From Epiperipatus broadwayi (taxonomy: Eukaryota; Animalia; Onychophora): a DNA stretch of 64,000 nt. Positions 52,707 to 64,000 of this stretch are shown here, one piece after another. The translations under genes were made by a program, and so were the position numbers. Each line of letters starts with the position of its first letter. The stretch's first letter is position 1. The stretch lies in the NCBI GenBank assembly GCA_028023455.1, contig JAQFVV010000004.1, positions 3,410,001 to 3,474,000 of the forward strand. The letters run 5' to 3'. The notes under the pieces are model-generated. The model was not told the origin of the DNA. It searched no databases and saw only the letters and a program-made list of their open reading frames with translations.

Positions 52707-53714
52707 CATCTGAGTCTCTTTTTACGCGGACTTATTTAACACGATTTTGAAGTTATGCAATTTATGTTTCACCGGAAGTCGAACTCCGATAATGCGCTAT
52801 TACTTTAAATAATAAATTTTGTGTGCTTACATTATATTGAAAGTAATAGCACATTATTGGAATTCAACTTTCAACTTAGTAATTCCAATATTTTCAGTGC
52901 TTCATAATAGTAAGATTTTATGCAATAATGAAATTAAAATCATGATTTCCATATTTTATGTATACACACATTAAATTTTACAAGATTATAATGTTAATTT
53001 GTTCAAACATTGTGCGTGTTAATTTTGCATTTTAAACCACATTCTGTTTTTGCTTTTTAAAAAAGAATGTAATCAATTATTAATCATTTAGTGTCCGCAA
53101 GTTTATTTTTAATTATTTTCTTATTAATGACACTAATCACGAACGTGTTCTTAAATTCCAGCAAGAGCAAAATGGTTGGATGTCTGGATATCGAGAGCTT
53201 CATAAACAATTAATAAAATCATCATCTCAAAGATTAATTACTAATTACATTATCACCAGAAAACAATTAACACAACATGAGAGTGAAGTTGGCGCTAGTT
53301 GTATTTCCCATGTGAAGAATCTGATTTTTTTACCAGTTTGCAAACGAACCTGTTTGTCGGCAAATATCGATAATAATTAAAACGTGTATAAAAAAATGTA
53401 AATTACTGTACTGTAAATTATGCATAAAAATATATTATTTTGAATAAAATTAAATATTATAGTTAAAAAAAGTTTGTCTGGTATCAATTTTTTTCAAATT
53501 TGAAATTTTTTATTAGTCATATTTTATTTCCTTATTTTTTTTTTTGCGCAAATTTTAACATAATTTTACGTTGGTGCTTTGCTTTTATGTGACTTTTAAA
53601 AAATCACAGTTCATATCCCCCCTTTTTCAAGATAGGTTATGTCTATTTTTGCACGATTTTGTTTGCACGTGTTTTCTGAAGAACCTATCTATCGCATAAA
53701 ACGAGGCCCAGGTA
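52707..53714. mobile_element. Non-autonomous Tc1/mariner (pogo-like) MITE, copy 2
   Basis: TA flanks (52705-06, 53715-16), imperfect TIR, collinear with 4025-5334. Confidence 0.7.
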
Positions 53715-55425
53715 TATATAACATATTTTATAAAAACCGTAATTTGATTAACTATGAACTAAAACCCAAAATTTTTTTTCCCTCAATCACAGTTTTTGTT
53801 ATTATATGTAACTTGAAATAAAATGTTTTATAAATTAATTAATTCAATCACTGGGCACACTTTTATTTCAAGTTACATATAACAACAATAACTGTGGTTA
53901 AATATATATATATATATTTTGGTTTTTGGTACATTTCTAAATAAAAAAAATTTTTTTTTTATAAAATATTTTAAATATTATTTATGATTTTTTTTCCAAT
54001 AAAATTTATTATGAATTCATCTTTTTGTAGAATACTTTATTGGAACTTTTTATATCCAATTAATATCTTTCAAAAGCCAAGACTTTTTTTTTACTTTTTT
54101 GCAAACTTATATTTCATTAATATATACACCTTAGTAAAAACAAATTTAACGGAAGTAAACTACATTTCCAACAGCTGTCAGTAAACAACATACATGCATC
54201 AACATGTGTAAATAATAGATGGGTTTATTGATTTAAGATTGTTGCTTATTCACAGCTCCTGGAAATATATTTCATTTCTTGTTTGTTTATAGCTTTCAGA
54301 AGTGTAGTCTACTTGCATTTAATTTACATATACATTAATCTATGCATATATAATATTTTTATCTATAAAAACTGACTTTGTATTAATATTATGAGATCAC
54401 TGAAAATGAGACACCATTTTTATTCTTTAATATTCAATTCTAAATTCAGAAATATTTATATTGTATATCAGGCTAATATACAAATATAAAACTCTTTTTC
54501 CAACAATGTCAATAAATGATCACTTAATTATTATCTAAGCTTTAAAAATAGGTGCCTTCCTTTGATCTATTTCTCTTTTATATTTTTTGATGTACAAATA
54601 CTATTTAGTGATAGTTATGGAAAGTGTTGTTTATTTCAATTTGTCTTACATATACAATAAGCCTATATGCAATAATAAATTATTTCCTTCTTTTCTGAAC
54701 TGATCTAATAAATGACTGTTAATGGCCACACACACAAAAGAATAGAGATTTTTTAAATATCCAGCTTTATTACTGCCTAATATGCTTTCGATATATCATA
54801 TTCATAGCTTATTGTAACGACTCAAGAGTTTTTGATATTAGTGTATAAGTAGTGATTCATTAGCTATTCAAAAATATTACAATTTATTTAAATTGCTCAC
54901 TTCTTTGACATCAAGATACTAGTATCTTTACTATTGCTCAAAAAGCAGTTACTTGCTATTCCCCATGCCTCCCTGATATTACGCTTTCCATAGAAAAGAG
55001 TCCCTCTATCAAGGAAGTGGGTAATTTAAATAAATTTTAATATTTTTGAATACCTAATTACTTACTACTTATACATTAATATCGAGAACTCTCAAGTCAT
55101 ATTATTATAAGTTATGAATACGATATATCGGAAACATGCTAGGCAGAAATAAAGTTGAATATTTAAAAAATCTACCTTCTCTGCATATGTGTTCATTGAC
55201 AGTCATTTAATAAATTCATATTCGCAATTTTGTTTGCAACTTATTTTATTTATTTTTCAAATCATATTATTGCTCTCAATATTATTTTTACATATTTTTT
55301 TGGCAGTCTAAATTATTGATGAGTTTATTTCCATGATATACGAAACGTTTCATATTGAACAGATGATTAAACCATCAAACATCACATGATCACCATCTCT
55401 ATATGAGCACATAATTTGTTGTAAA

Positions 55426-55773
55426 CAAAGGCAAAACTCCCCATACAGTAGTGCCACCCTGTGCCAAACAGAGTAATCAATGGATGCCAGAAGGCTTGTG
55501 CATAAAATCCCTATTTAGTGACTACTCATCCAATATCCCCAGACTAGTTTCTGGCTTGTGGCCTATCTAGTGACTACTCATCCATCCTAAGATCTAGGTG
55601 CAGTGCTCTCAGATCCAAGGCTCCTCACTGATGATGGCCACAAGCCAGAAACTAGTCTGGGGATATTGGATGAGTAGTCACTAGATAGGGATTTTATGCA
55701 CAAGCCTTCTGGCATCCATTGATTACTCTGTTCGGCATAGGGTGGCACTACTGTATGGGGAGTTTTGCCTTTG
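55426..55773. mobile_element. Young head-to-head PLE-like pair, family B
   Basis: 138-bp arms (55426-55563, 55636-55773) with about 3 mismatches. The spacer holds the 5' part of the + copy. Confidence 0.85.
55622..55663 (+). ncRNA. Apparently intact minimal type I hammerhead ribozyme
   Basis: TCCTCA-CTGATGA-TGGC/cacaa/GCCA-GAAA-CTA-GTC-TGGGGA. Full canonical core, GUC site, palindromic ACTAGT in stem III, 6-bp stem I with one G-U. Confidence 0.8.
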
Positions 55774-56090
55774 AACAGATGATTTTCACTTCTTTTCTTT
55801 GTTTTTTCTTCTCAGAAGAGTTGCTCATTTTTGTTTGGGTAATGTTTTAATGCAAGAAATGAAATAAAGACTCTACAGACTGTGGTTGCACATTGATAAA
55901 TATTCCCCAGAATTTGGCTGTAATTCTGTGACCATAAGAATATATGGAGTAATGTTTTTCACAATCGACAACTTCATTGCAAAATAGCTCGTTATGTGGT
56001 CCTTTCTATAATTTCATCTTAGTGTGCAATAATGACATTTAAATCCAATTTGTTTAATTACTCAACATGAATCTAAAGTTCTTGTAGATA

Positions 56091-56187
56091 TGTCAAGCAG
56101 TGGTGGCCTAGTGGTTAGCATAGCTATCTTCCAAGCAGCTGGCTCAGGTTCGCTTCCCAGTCAACGCATTTGACATATGAAAAAAAA
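56091..56187 (+). mobile_element. tRNA-Gly(TCC)-derived SINE (retains TCC anticodon)
   Basis: gtggtggcctagtggttagcatagctatcttccaagcagctgg...ggttcgcttccc, A tail, 16-bp TSD aaagttcttgtagata. Confidence 0.92.
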
Positions 56188-56773
56188 AAAGTTCTTGTAG
56201 ATATTTGTAATAATGTACAACTGATAAAAATTCATATCTTTCTTTTATTTTATTTTTCTTAAATCTAATTGAAGAAAGAACATTTGCAATATATTTTTGA
56301 AACATAGACAAGTAACAAGAAATGATATTTCCTATAACTTTTCTATTCTTAATAAATGCTTAAGTATGTTTGCTTTAATCACAAAATATAACATCTATAA
56401 CTTTGTTTTCCGATATTAATTTACAGAATTCTACATATTCTCTAAATAAATCATTTATAATCATTTCAAATATTTTTTCTAAATTCGAAGCACACTTATA
56501 TTAATTATTGTTAATCTACAATTATTTTACTCATATTGTCAGTTTTGAGTAACATGTTTTTTTTATTGATCTCAAATTAAATTAGGGTTTTAGCTTAAAA
56601 TAATTAGAATATGACTGAATGTTAAATATTAACAGTTTATATAACTCTGCATTACACATTTGCATTGGAGTTGTAGATTATGTCTTAATAGATGATGATA
56701 ACTTCCTGTACTGAATCTACTAAGCAGATTATAGTCTCAAAATGTTGTAATTTTTATTAGACAAAGATTTGCA

Positions 56774-56962
56774 TTAGATCGTAAGATCTAGGAGTAGTGT
56801 TCTCAAATCCAAGGCTCCTCCCTAATGAAAGCTACAAGCTAGAAATAAGTCAAGGACAATGGATGAGTAGACATTATATAGGCATTTTATGCAAAAACCT
56901 TCTTGTATTCATTGATTAACTAAGGCTTACACTTGGTGGTACTATTGTATGGAGAGTTTGCT
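56774..56962 (+). mobile_element. Solo degenerate family B copy
   Basis: Collinear with 55585-55770. Hammerhead core mutated (ctaatgaaagctacaagctagaaataagtc). Confidence 0.7.
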
Positions 56963-57371
56963 AATGTTAATAAAATGTAATTTGGTTCAAATTTTTCCCT
57001 CTTTGAATTTTGTATACAAAAAAAATTCATAACATTTTTTTATATTTTTTCACAAAACTATATTATGATTGGTAAGATTTTTATATTACGGGGTTTTTTT
57101 TTTTTTGTCAAAAATATTTCTTTTTCGCATTATTTTAACCTTTTTTTAAAAATGAGAATTTAATTAGCAAAAATTTGGATTAAATTATCCATATTTGGTA
57201 TCTGCTAGAAAGTTGATTAATTAACTTTTTACTTGCCATAATGCCATTTAACCACTTTTATATAATGATATTCACCATTTTAGATATTTGTTCACAGTAA
57301 TAAAAAAATCAGCTTACTTTTAAAATTCATGGTTTCTTCATTTTCTTTCTAATCTCACTGAAGATGAATTT

Positions 57372-57483
57372 TTTTTTTTTTTTTAGTGTGGATAGCATCG
57401 GCCGGGACGCGAATCCGCAACCCGGGAAACCGCCTGCAAGTGTAAGGCAGTCGCGCCGACTTCTCGACCACCAATACAAGACA
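57372..57483 (-). mobile_element. tRNA-derived SINE, second subfamily
   Basis: Family match with diagnostic changes, 11-bp TSD aagatgaattt. Confidence 0.85.
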
Positions 57484-58789
57484 AAAGATGAATTTAATTT
57501 GTTAATAGTTTTTCCAACTCATACAGTATTCTTGCGTTTGAATAATGGAAATCTATGCTCAAAAATCTTGGAATTCTTAGTAATCATACCTTCTGGCCAT
57601 CAAGCTTTGCTTAAGAAAGAGAGGTATATTTTTATTATTATTTAATATTAACGCACACTCACAAATATTTTTTAAAAAGAAAGATTACGTTATTTATCAC
57701 ATAAAAAGTAACACCTGCAACAACAACATTATCGAATAGACATTTGAAATTTGTTATTCTCATTAAATTTTAAGGCCTAAGTGAGAAATCCAACAATTTC
57801 TGATATAATAGCAAACTTTCTTTGCAACTGTTTTTAATGTTCACAACCTAAGTATAATACGGTATATATAAACACACATTTTATCTACATAAAAGTTTGG
57901 AGTGTTTAAGCATTCTTAAATGCATTTATGAAAATATTTCTTTAAAGAAAAAATCTTAGAAAGAGGAAATCAAAGTATAGTAAAGTTTTATTTTAAATAT
58001 AGCTGTCAATCATTTAACTACTTTTATTAATGGATTAGGTTTTTGTAAAAGTGGTTTTCATGCAGTTATTGTTATAAAGTCTCAGATGACCTTATTAATC
58101 AGCATTGGTAATTGAGAAAATGAGGTCATACTTATTAGATTTTAATGTTAACATTCAATTAGAAAATATGGATTGAAATGTTTTGGGCTGACCTTTCTTT
58201 ATGGAAATTAATTTTACTCTCTTGTATTAATTATTGTAGTTTGTGAATTTAATGAGAAATTTTATTAAAAGTTTACCCTATAGACCTTCCCGTTATTAAA
58301 ACTTTAATGAGAAGTGGTGTAAAATGTTATTCGTTTAGTTTTTTAAAAATTCTCTTGGGTCAACGCTTAATATTTTATTATTAGCACCAATCAATGAAAG
58401 GGGTATAAAACATTGTAGATTTTCAGCCAACTGGTTACACTAGATTCATTTATATTGTAAATGAAATTAAGTAGATACGGCGAAATACTAGAGGGCAGGT
58501 TATTCTACATTTGCTACTTGGGTTTAAACAATTTTTTATTATAGATTAATAATGTCGCTGTTACTGCATTTGCAAAAAATAAGGTTTTATTTTGTAAATA
58601 TTTTTTTTCATGGAAAATGATTACAATGTAACAAAATAACTAAAGTATTTTTTTTAAAGTTACCTATAGAAATACATAATTATTTTATTTCCTATATTTT
58701 CTAAAGTACATATTTTTAAAAATGTTTTAGTATTTATACACACACTATTTAGGCACATATATACATACCATAGTCATATGGTTAAGTTT

Positions 58790-58898
58790 ATTTTTTTTTA
58801 AGTGTCATAGCATCGGCCGGGACGCGAACCCGCAAACCGAACAACTGCCTGCAAGTGCAAGGCAGTCGCGCTGACCTCTCGACCACCAATGCAAGACA
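58790..58898 (-). mobile_element. tRNA-derived SINE, second subfamily
   Basis: Closely matches 57372-57483. TSD is imperfect. Confidence 0.85.
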
Positions 58899-60105
58899 AG
58901 TAATATTTTAAGTATAAAAAAAAGTAATTAAGTTATTTAGATTACCTAGATCAAGATTTGGCCTGTCTACTCTGCCCTTTTTATATTTTATAGTTTTACA
59001 AATGAGCTATCTATTCGGCACATCATATCCATATTGTCAGTCACTTCCTCTATTTATCTATTGCATTACTGCAGTAGTAGAACAAAGAAAGAAAACTATT
59101 TAAAAAGCTCAGATGAGCTTTTCAGGTAAATTATTAAAAGATATAAAATGTAGATTTTAAAAAATAAAATAATTTATTACTTAGATTATACGTCGTTCAA
59201 ACACCAGAAGTGATAATTAAACAGCTTTGGATGCCATTAATAGACTTTTAAAAAATTAAATAATATTTGTTAGTTAATTCAAAATCCATAAAAGTAGTCA
59301 ATTTCCATGCATGATTAAAGATTTGATAGGAGAAAAGATCTAATGCAATAGAAAATATGTTAAATAAATGAAATCCTTACGTAGCTAAGATATTTTTGAG
59401 AACCTTACAAAAATTAATATTTTTTTAAAAAAATTGCATATGAATAAATTCAAATAATAGTCAAAAAATGAAACTAAAATAGTACAAGTACTAATGTTGA
59501 ACACCAATTAATAAAGCATTTTAAGTAATTTGAAGATTATTATGCTTTTACAAAAGATAATTTTAAAAAATAGATAAGACGAGAATACTATCAAGTAGAA
59601 GAATTATTAATATATTGTTTTAAAAAGAAATTAAATTATTGAAAGAGTATAGACTGTGTCAGATTTGCTAATAATATAGTGTGTGTGTGGTTAATGAAAG
59701 TAAGTTTAATTAAAGTTAAGTAAAATTGATAGAATTTCAGTAAAAGTATAAGATGGAAAACAAATGCATTTGAAATTAAAGTTCTGTGATTTAATAAAGA
59801 TAAAAGCATTTTTAGGTACCTATTAAAAATATACCTAACAAATACTTTTCGATTACTTTAGTTTTATATATATATATATAGCAAAGACTTGAATATATAA
59901 AAAAAGGAATATTAAATAGTAAAATATAAATTTTAAAAAAATATTATAAACAACAAAAGATAAGGTTAATATATATATATTGAAAAAAATATTTAAATTA
60001 AAAAAATAAAAAAGAAATTTGAGGGGTTAATATAAAATAAAATTGTTAAAAATATGAGAAAGATAATAACTAATCTTTCTTATTGCATTGCCAAATGTAT
60101 ATCAC

Positions 60106-60353
60106 ATAATACTAAATCATCCATGCACTTTACTACTGTTACACAATGCTTTATTTACCACCCTCTTTTACAGTTTACAGTTTTGATTACCCCAGCAATC
60201 TTCTTCAGACCTTTTATATCTCCTTAAAAAACTTCTCTGAAATAAAAGTACTGAAGAAAATTGCTGGAGCAATCAAAATTATAAACTGTAAAAGAGGGTG
60301 ATAAATAAAGCATTATGTAACAGTAGTAAAGCGTATGGATGATTTAGTATTAT
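60106..60353. mobile_element. Head-to-head PLE-like pair with degenerate hammerheads
   Basis: 103-bp arms (60106-60208, 60251-60353). Merged motif CTGAAGA-A-GATTGC/tgga/GCAATC-AAAA. Confidence 0.72.
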
Positions 60354-61414
60354 ATAATATGAGAAAGAGTTAAAAAATGGTAGATAATCTTAAGTAAAGA
60401 TGAAATTGATCATAAAAAATTAAAAAGTCCAAGAGACTAAAAAGCTTTAATAAAATATGATTCAGGATAATATATGGAAACTGTCTTTTAAAAATTAAAT
60501 GGTTGTCTAATAATAAAGTAATTGATAAACACAAGCAATGTATTTTAATTTGTGATTTAGTTTTAAAATTGAAAAAATGCAATGAAAAGTATGTGGCATT
60601 TTTTTTCCATCTCCAACTGAACAAAAAACTTAACATACACATAATGTACTAAGTAAAGATAATTTTAAAAAACAAAACGATATATGTAAAATATTCATTT
60701 TCTGAAATTATATATATACAACAATAAAAATCTAACCATAAATATATGTAATAAATAAACTGAAACAATATAAACTTGTTTAAGTGTGAGAGTTTACATT
60801 ACTTCAATTTTTTATATATATTTATAGGAAGACTTTGTGATTAATTACATATTTTTATGAAATTTGATTATTCAAGATTTTAATAAATAAAAATGAGTTT
60901 ATATGGATCTATTTTATGAATTTGCCATACTAAACTAGACTTCATTATTTAAAACTGCTTTATTAATTATTTAAAATTTAATACCAAATTGCTTGATTTA
61001 TAGTATTAATTCTTAGATGCTTACTAGGCAGATAACAAGAGGATATGTTCAATTTTTCACACCATACAGAATGACTGAACAAACAACTTTCACCATGATG
61101 AATTCACATAACTTCAATTTGTTATATATTTAATGCAGGGGGCATTATAGTTTAATATTTTCATTAATTACTGTTTATTTACATTTGATAGTGATTGTTC
61201 TAATATGAAAATATAAAGATATTTCCATATTTTTAAATATTTAAATAATTATATCAGTTAAAAATTATTAATATATATAATATTTTAAATGCATTATAAC
61301 TATATTCTTCTAGCCACACTCAATCTTTAAATAAAGAAAAGTTTGAATCTTGCAGCTATGGGGCATTTAAAATATTTTATATAGATCTGCTAGCATTGTG
61401 TGTTTTTTTAATTT

Positions 61415-61451
<37 letters not shown>

Positions 61452-64000
61452 AATCTTTTTATCATTATTTAATTACATATTTTAATGTGATATGATTGTT
61501 GAAGTTGTTAATAAATGAAAAATAAGCGTATATGGTCTTGATTTGTATATTTATTAAACATACTGAAATAGACTCATATAAGATAGCTGTATTAACTCTT
61601 TTTATGTTTTATATACTCATGCTTTGAATATGTCAGCACATTAAATTTTATTTTCTACTTACACACAACAATTATTACTTAAATGTGCATCATACCCAAT
61701 TTTTTGTCATTTAACAATTGAACCTAACAGGACTTTTTATATTTTAAATGCAAATATCATTGCTAGATAGCCTCTATAATCAATAAAAAAGAAAATAGCA
61801 CCATAACTCGAAGAAAATAAACTTCAGACAGTTTATGCAATAGAAAACTGATTCTGGCAGGTTTGCCATTTAACATGAATATTAACAAGTAAACATTCTT
61901 TTTTATTTTAATTTTTTTTAACTTTAAGTTATTCAAGGTTTTATTTTTTATCTACATGAGATATTTATATAGTTTTTTTTAAAAGAAATTTTGCAAGAAT
62001 ATTTTGCAGATGCATATTTACAAGATGGTAGTCATGAAATATTTTATTTAGATAATATTATTACTGTTTTTAATTTTATTATTATTTTTAATATTTCAAA
62101 ATGTTTTTAATAAAAAATTGTTACAGATATTTTTAAACACTATTTAAACTGAAGACAGTTTATATAGTATATATATATAAAACAAAAACAATGGGTTAAG
62201 AGTAATTTTCATTACACAGTTTTATGTTCATTTGAAGTAAAAACTAAAACTAACATACCAGTAGGTGAGCATTATTCAATAAAATGTCAGCAGAGAAAAA
62301 CAAAGTTCATAACTTTAAAAAAAAGTATTCAATACATATATGTGAGTTCAGCATTTAAGAAATTGATATACTTTTAATTATATGTCATAGCAGATATACT
62401 TTTGAGAAATTGAAAAATGAGGTTGTAATAAATAGTCTATGTGATATTATAATAAAGAAACTTCTAGTCATATTCTTTTACAAATTTACATGCACTTTCC
62501 CATGAGCATCAGTTTTAAAAGTATAAGTGTACACTTATGCTTAGAGCATATCTAAATATAAGCTGATCTTTGCTCGCCATGCTGAAATCAGGGTTTTAAT
62601 CTAGTATGTGCCTGAATTATACATTGTTCATTGAATTGTGCAAACTTATTCATTCTGCAGCAGGAGATACAATCTCATTTTAAATCACCAATCAGAAATA
62701 GATAAATTAAATATTTGTTTCTCATTAAGTATGTGACGTATACATTCAATTTTTATTTTAAAATATTTTTATCAAAAATGACTTGAAAATTTACTGAAGA
62801 CAAACAGGAAGGGACCATAACAAATGCTTACTATTTTAAATAAGAGACACCCACTTATAAGAATAACACCATTATTTTTTGTTTTTATATTTACAAGTGG
62901 AATTTCAATATTTTAAAAAGTAATTTTGTTATTGACAGTATTCTCTGCCAACATTTTATTGTTAAAAATTTATGGGAGGAACAAATATTTCATTAAAATT
63001 TATGTTTTAAGTCTGTTTATTTCTTTCTGTTTTATTTTTAAATTTATGTTTCCAAAAATATAGGCCTATAATGAAAAATAAATTTTTATTCATTAAAAAA
63101 TAAACTAGAAAGAGAAACAATGGCTTATTGAACTGGCTAAAAATGGCCAAACTAAAGAGTTACTAAATTAGAATATCCAATGTATTACAAAATTGTAGAA
63201 AAATAATACATTATACTAATTATAATTAATTTTCAGTAAAACTTTTAAAAACCTATGATTCATCAATTACCCTTAAAATATGCATACTTATTTTTTAAGA
63301 TTTTTATAATTTAATAAAGCTTATCTACTCTTTTTCAAATAATACATAAACACATAAACAATATAATTCATTTATCATTGAATCACAATTCAAAGTCAAA
63401 GTGATTGACAAAAGAATACAAAAATATTTTCACCTGCAGACATTCAGTTAACAATGACATATGTCATGATATAACTAACAATTCATTCTATTGCTACATA
63501 CCATAATGAATTAATCAGTGCTGCAATTCAGAAATTCACATGAAGTGAGTAAAATGCTTCAAAGGCTGCTCAAGATTGGATGATACAATGACCAATAGAA
63601 TGCCTGAAACAGTCAATGTATTTGATTCCATGACATCTGAACTTCACAGCAGAGCACAAGAGGAAAAACTCATTTTATAAATATTACATTTAACAATTTT
63701 TATTTGTTTTCATTTCATAGCTCTTTTTAATCTAGGATTGGATGAATATTTCTTATTGCAACATAATGCATTCAAAATCAGAGGTAAAATTTATGTTATT
63801 TCAAAGCATTAATATACATCCAAAATAATTTTTTGATATCTCCTTTCTGATTTTTGAAAATAAATATTTCATTTTCATGCAACTGCATTTGTATTTGAAT
63901 TATCATTACTTTAAATATCAAAATAAATTAATAATTTGTATTAGTCCCTCATTAGACTAGAGATTATCCAACAATGAATAATGTTTTTGTAATGTTATTT

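Noticed and set aside
56097-56170. Functional tRNA-Gly gene
   Set aside because: Stem mismatches, A tail and TSD mark it as a SINE copy; the same applies to the other nine copies.
1-64000. Prokaryotic, viral or organellar origin
   Set aside because: No gene-dense coding; SINEs, LINEs, hATs and microsatellites indicate animal nuclear DNA.

Overview
Very AT-rich eukaryotic non-coding DNA (GC roughly a quarter, judged by eye). An invertebrate, arthropod-like origin is inferred from the repeat content only. No host protein-coding gene, rRNA, functional tRNA or CRISPR array is supported; almost all ORFs in the track are chance ORFs or transposon debris. The window is mostly old transposable elements: one full-length but broken hAT (Buster/SPIN-like) transposon with TIRs and 8-bp TSD, a second hAT deletion derivative, two TA-flanked Tc1/pogo-type MITEs, several RTE-clade LINE fragments and 10 copies of a short tRNA-Gly(TCC)-derived SINE with clear TSDs. 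The dominant unexplained structure is about 11 head-to-head inverted insertions, plus solo copies, of Penelope-like element (PLE) 3' ends from at least 6 unrelated families. Most carry minimal type I hammerhead ribozyme motifs, one carries a GIY-YIG fragment, and one is a 341-bp near-perfect palindrome with a 17-bp TSD and a tRNA B-box upstream of the hammerhead. The best intact hammerhead is at 55622-55663. All alignments and folds were done by eye; ribozyme activity is untested.
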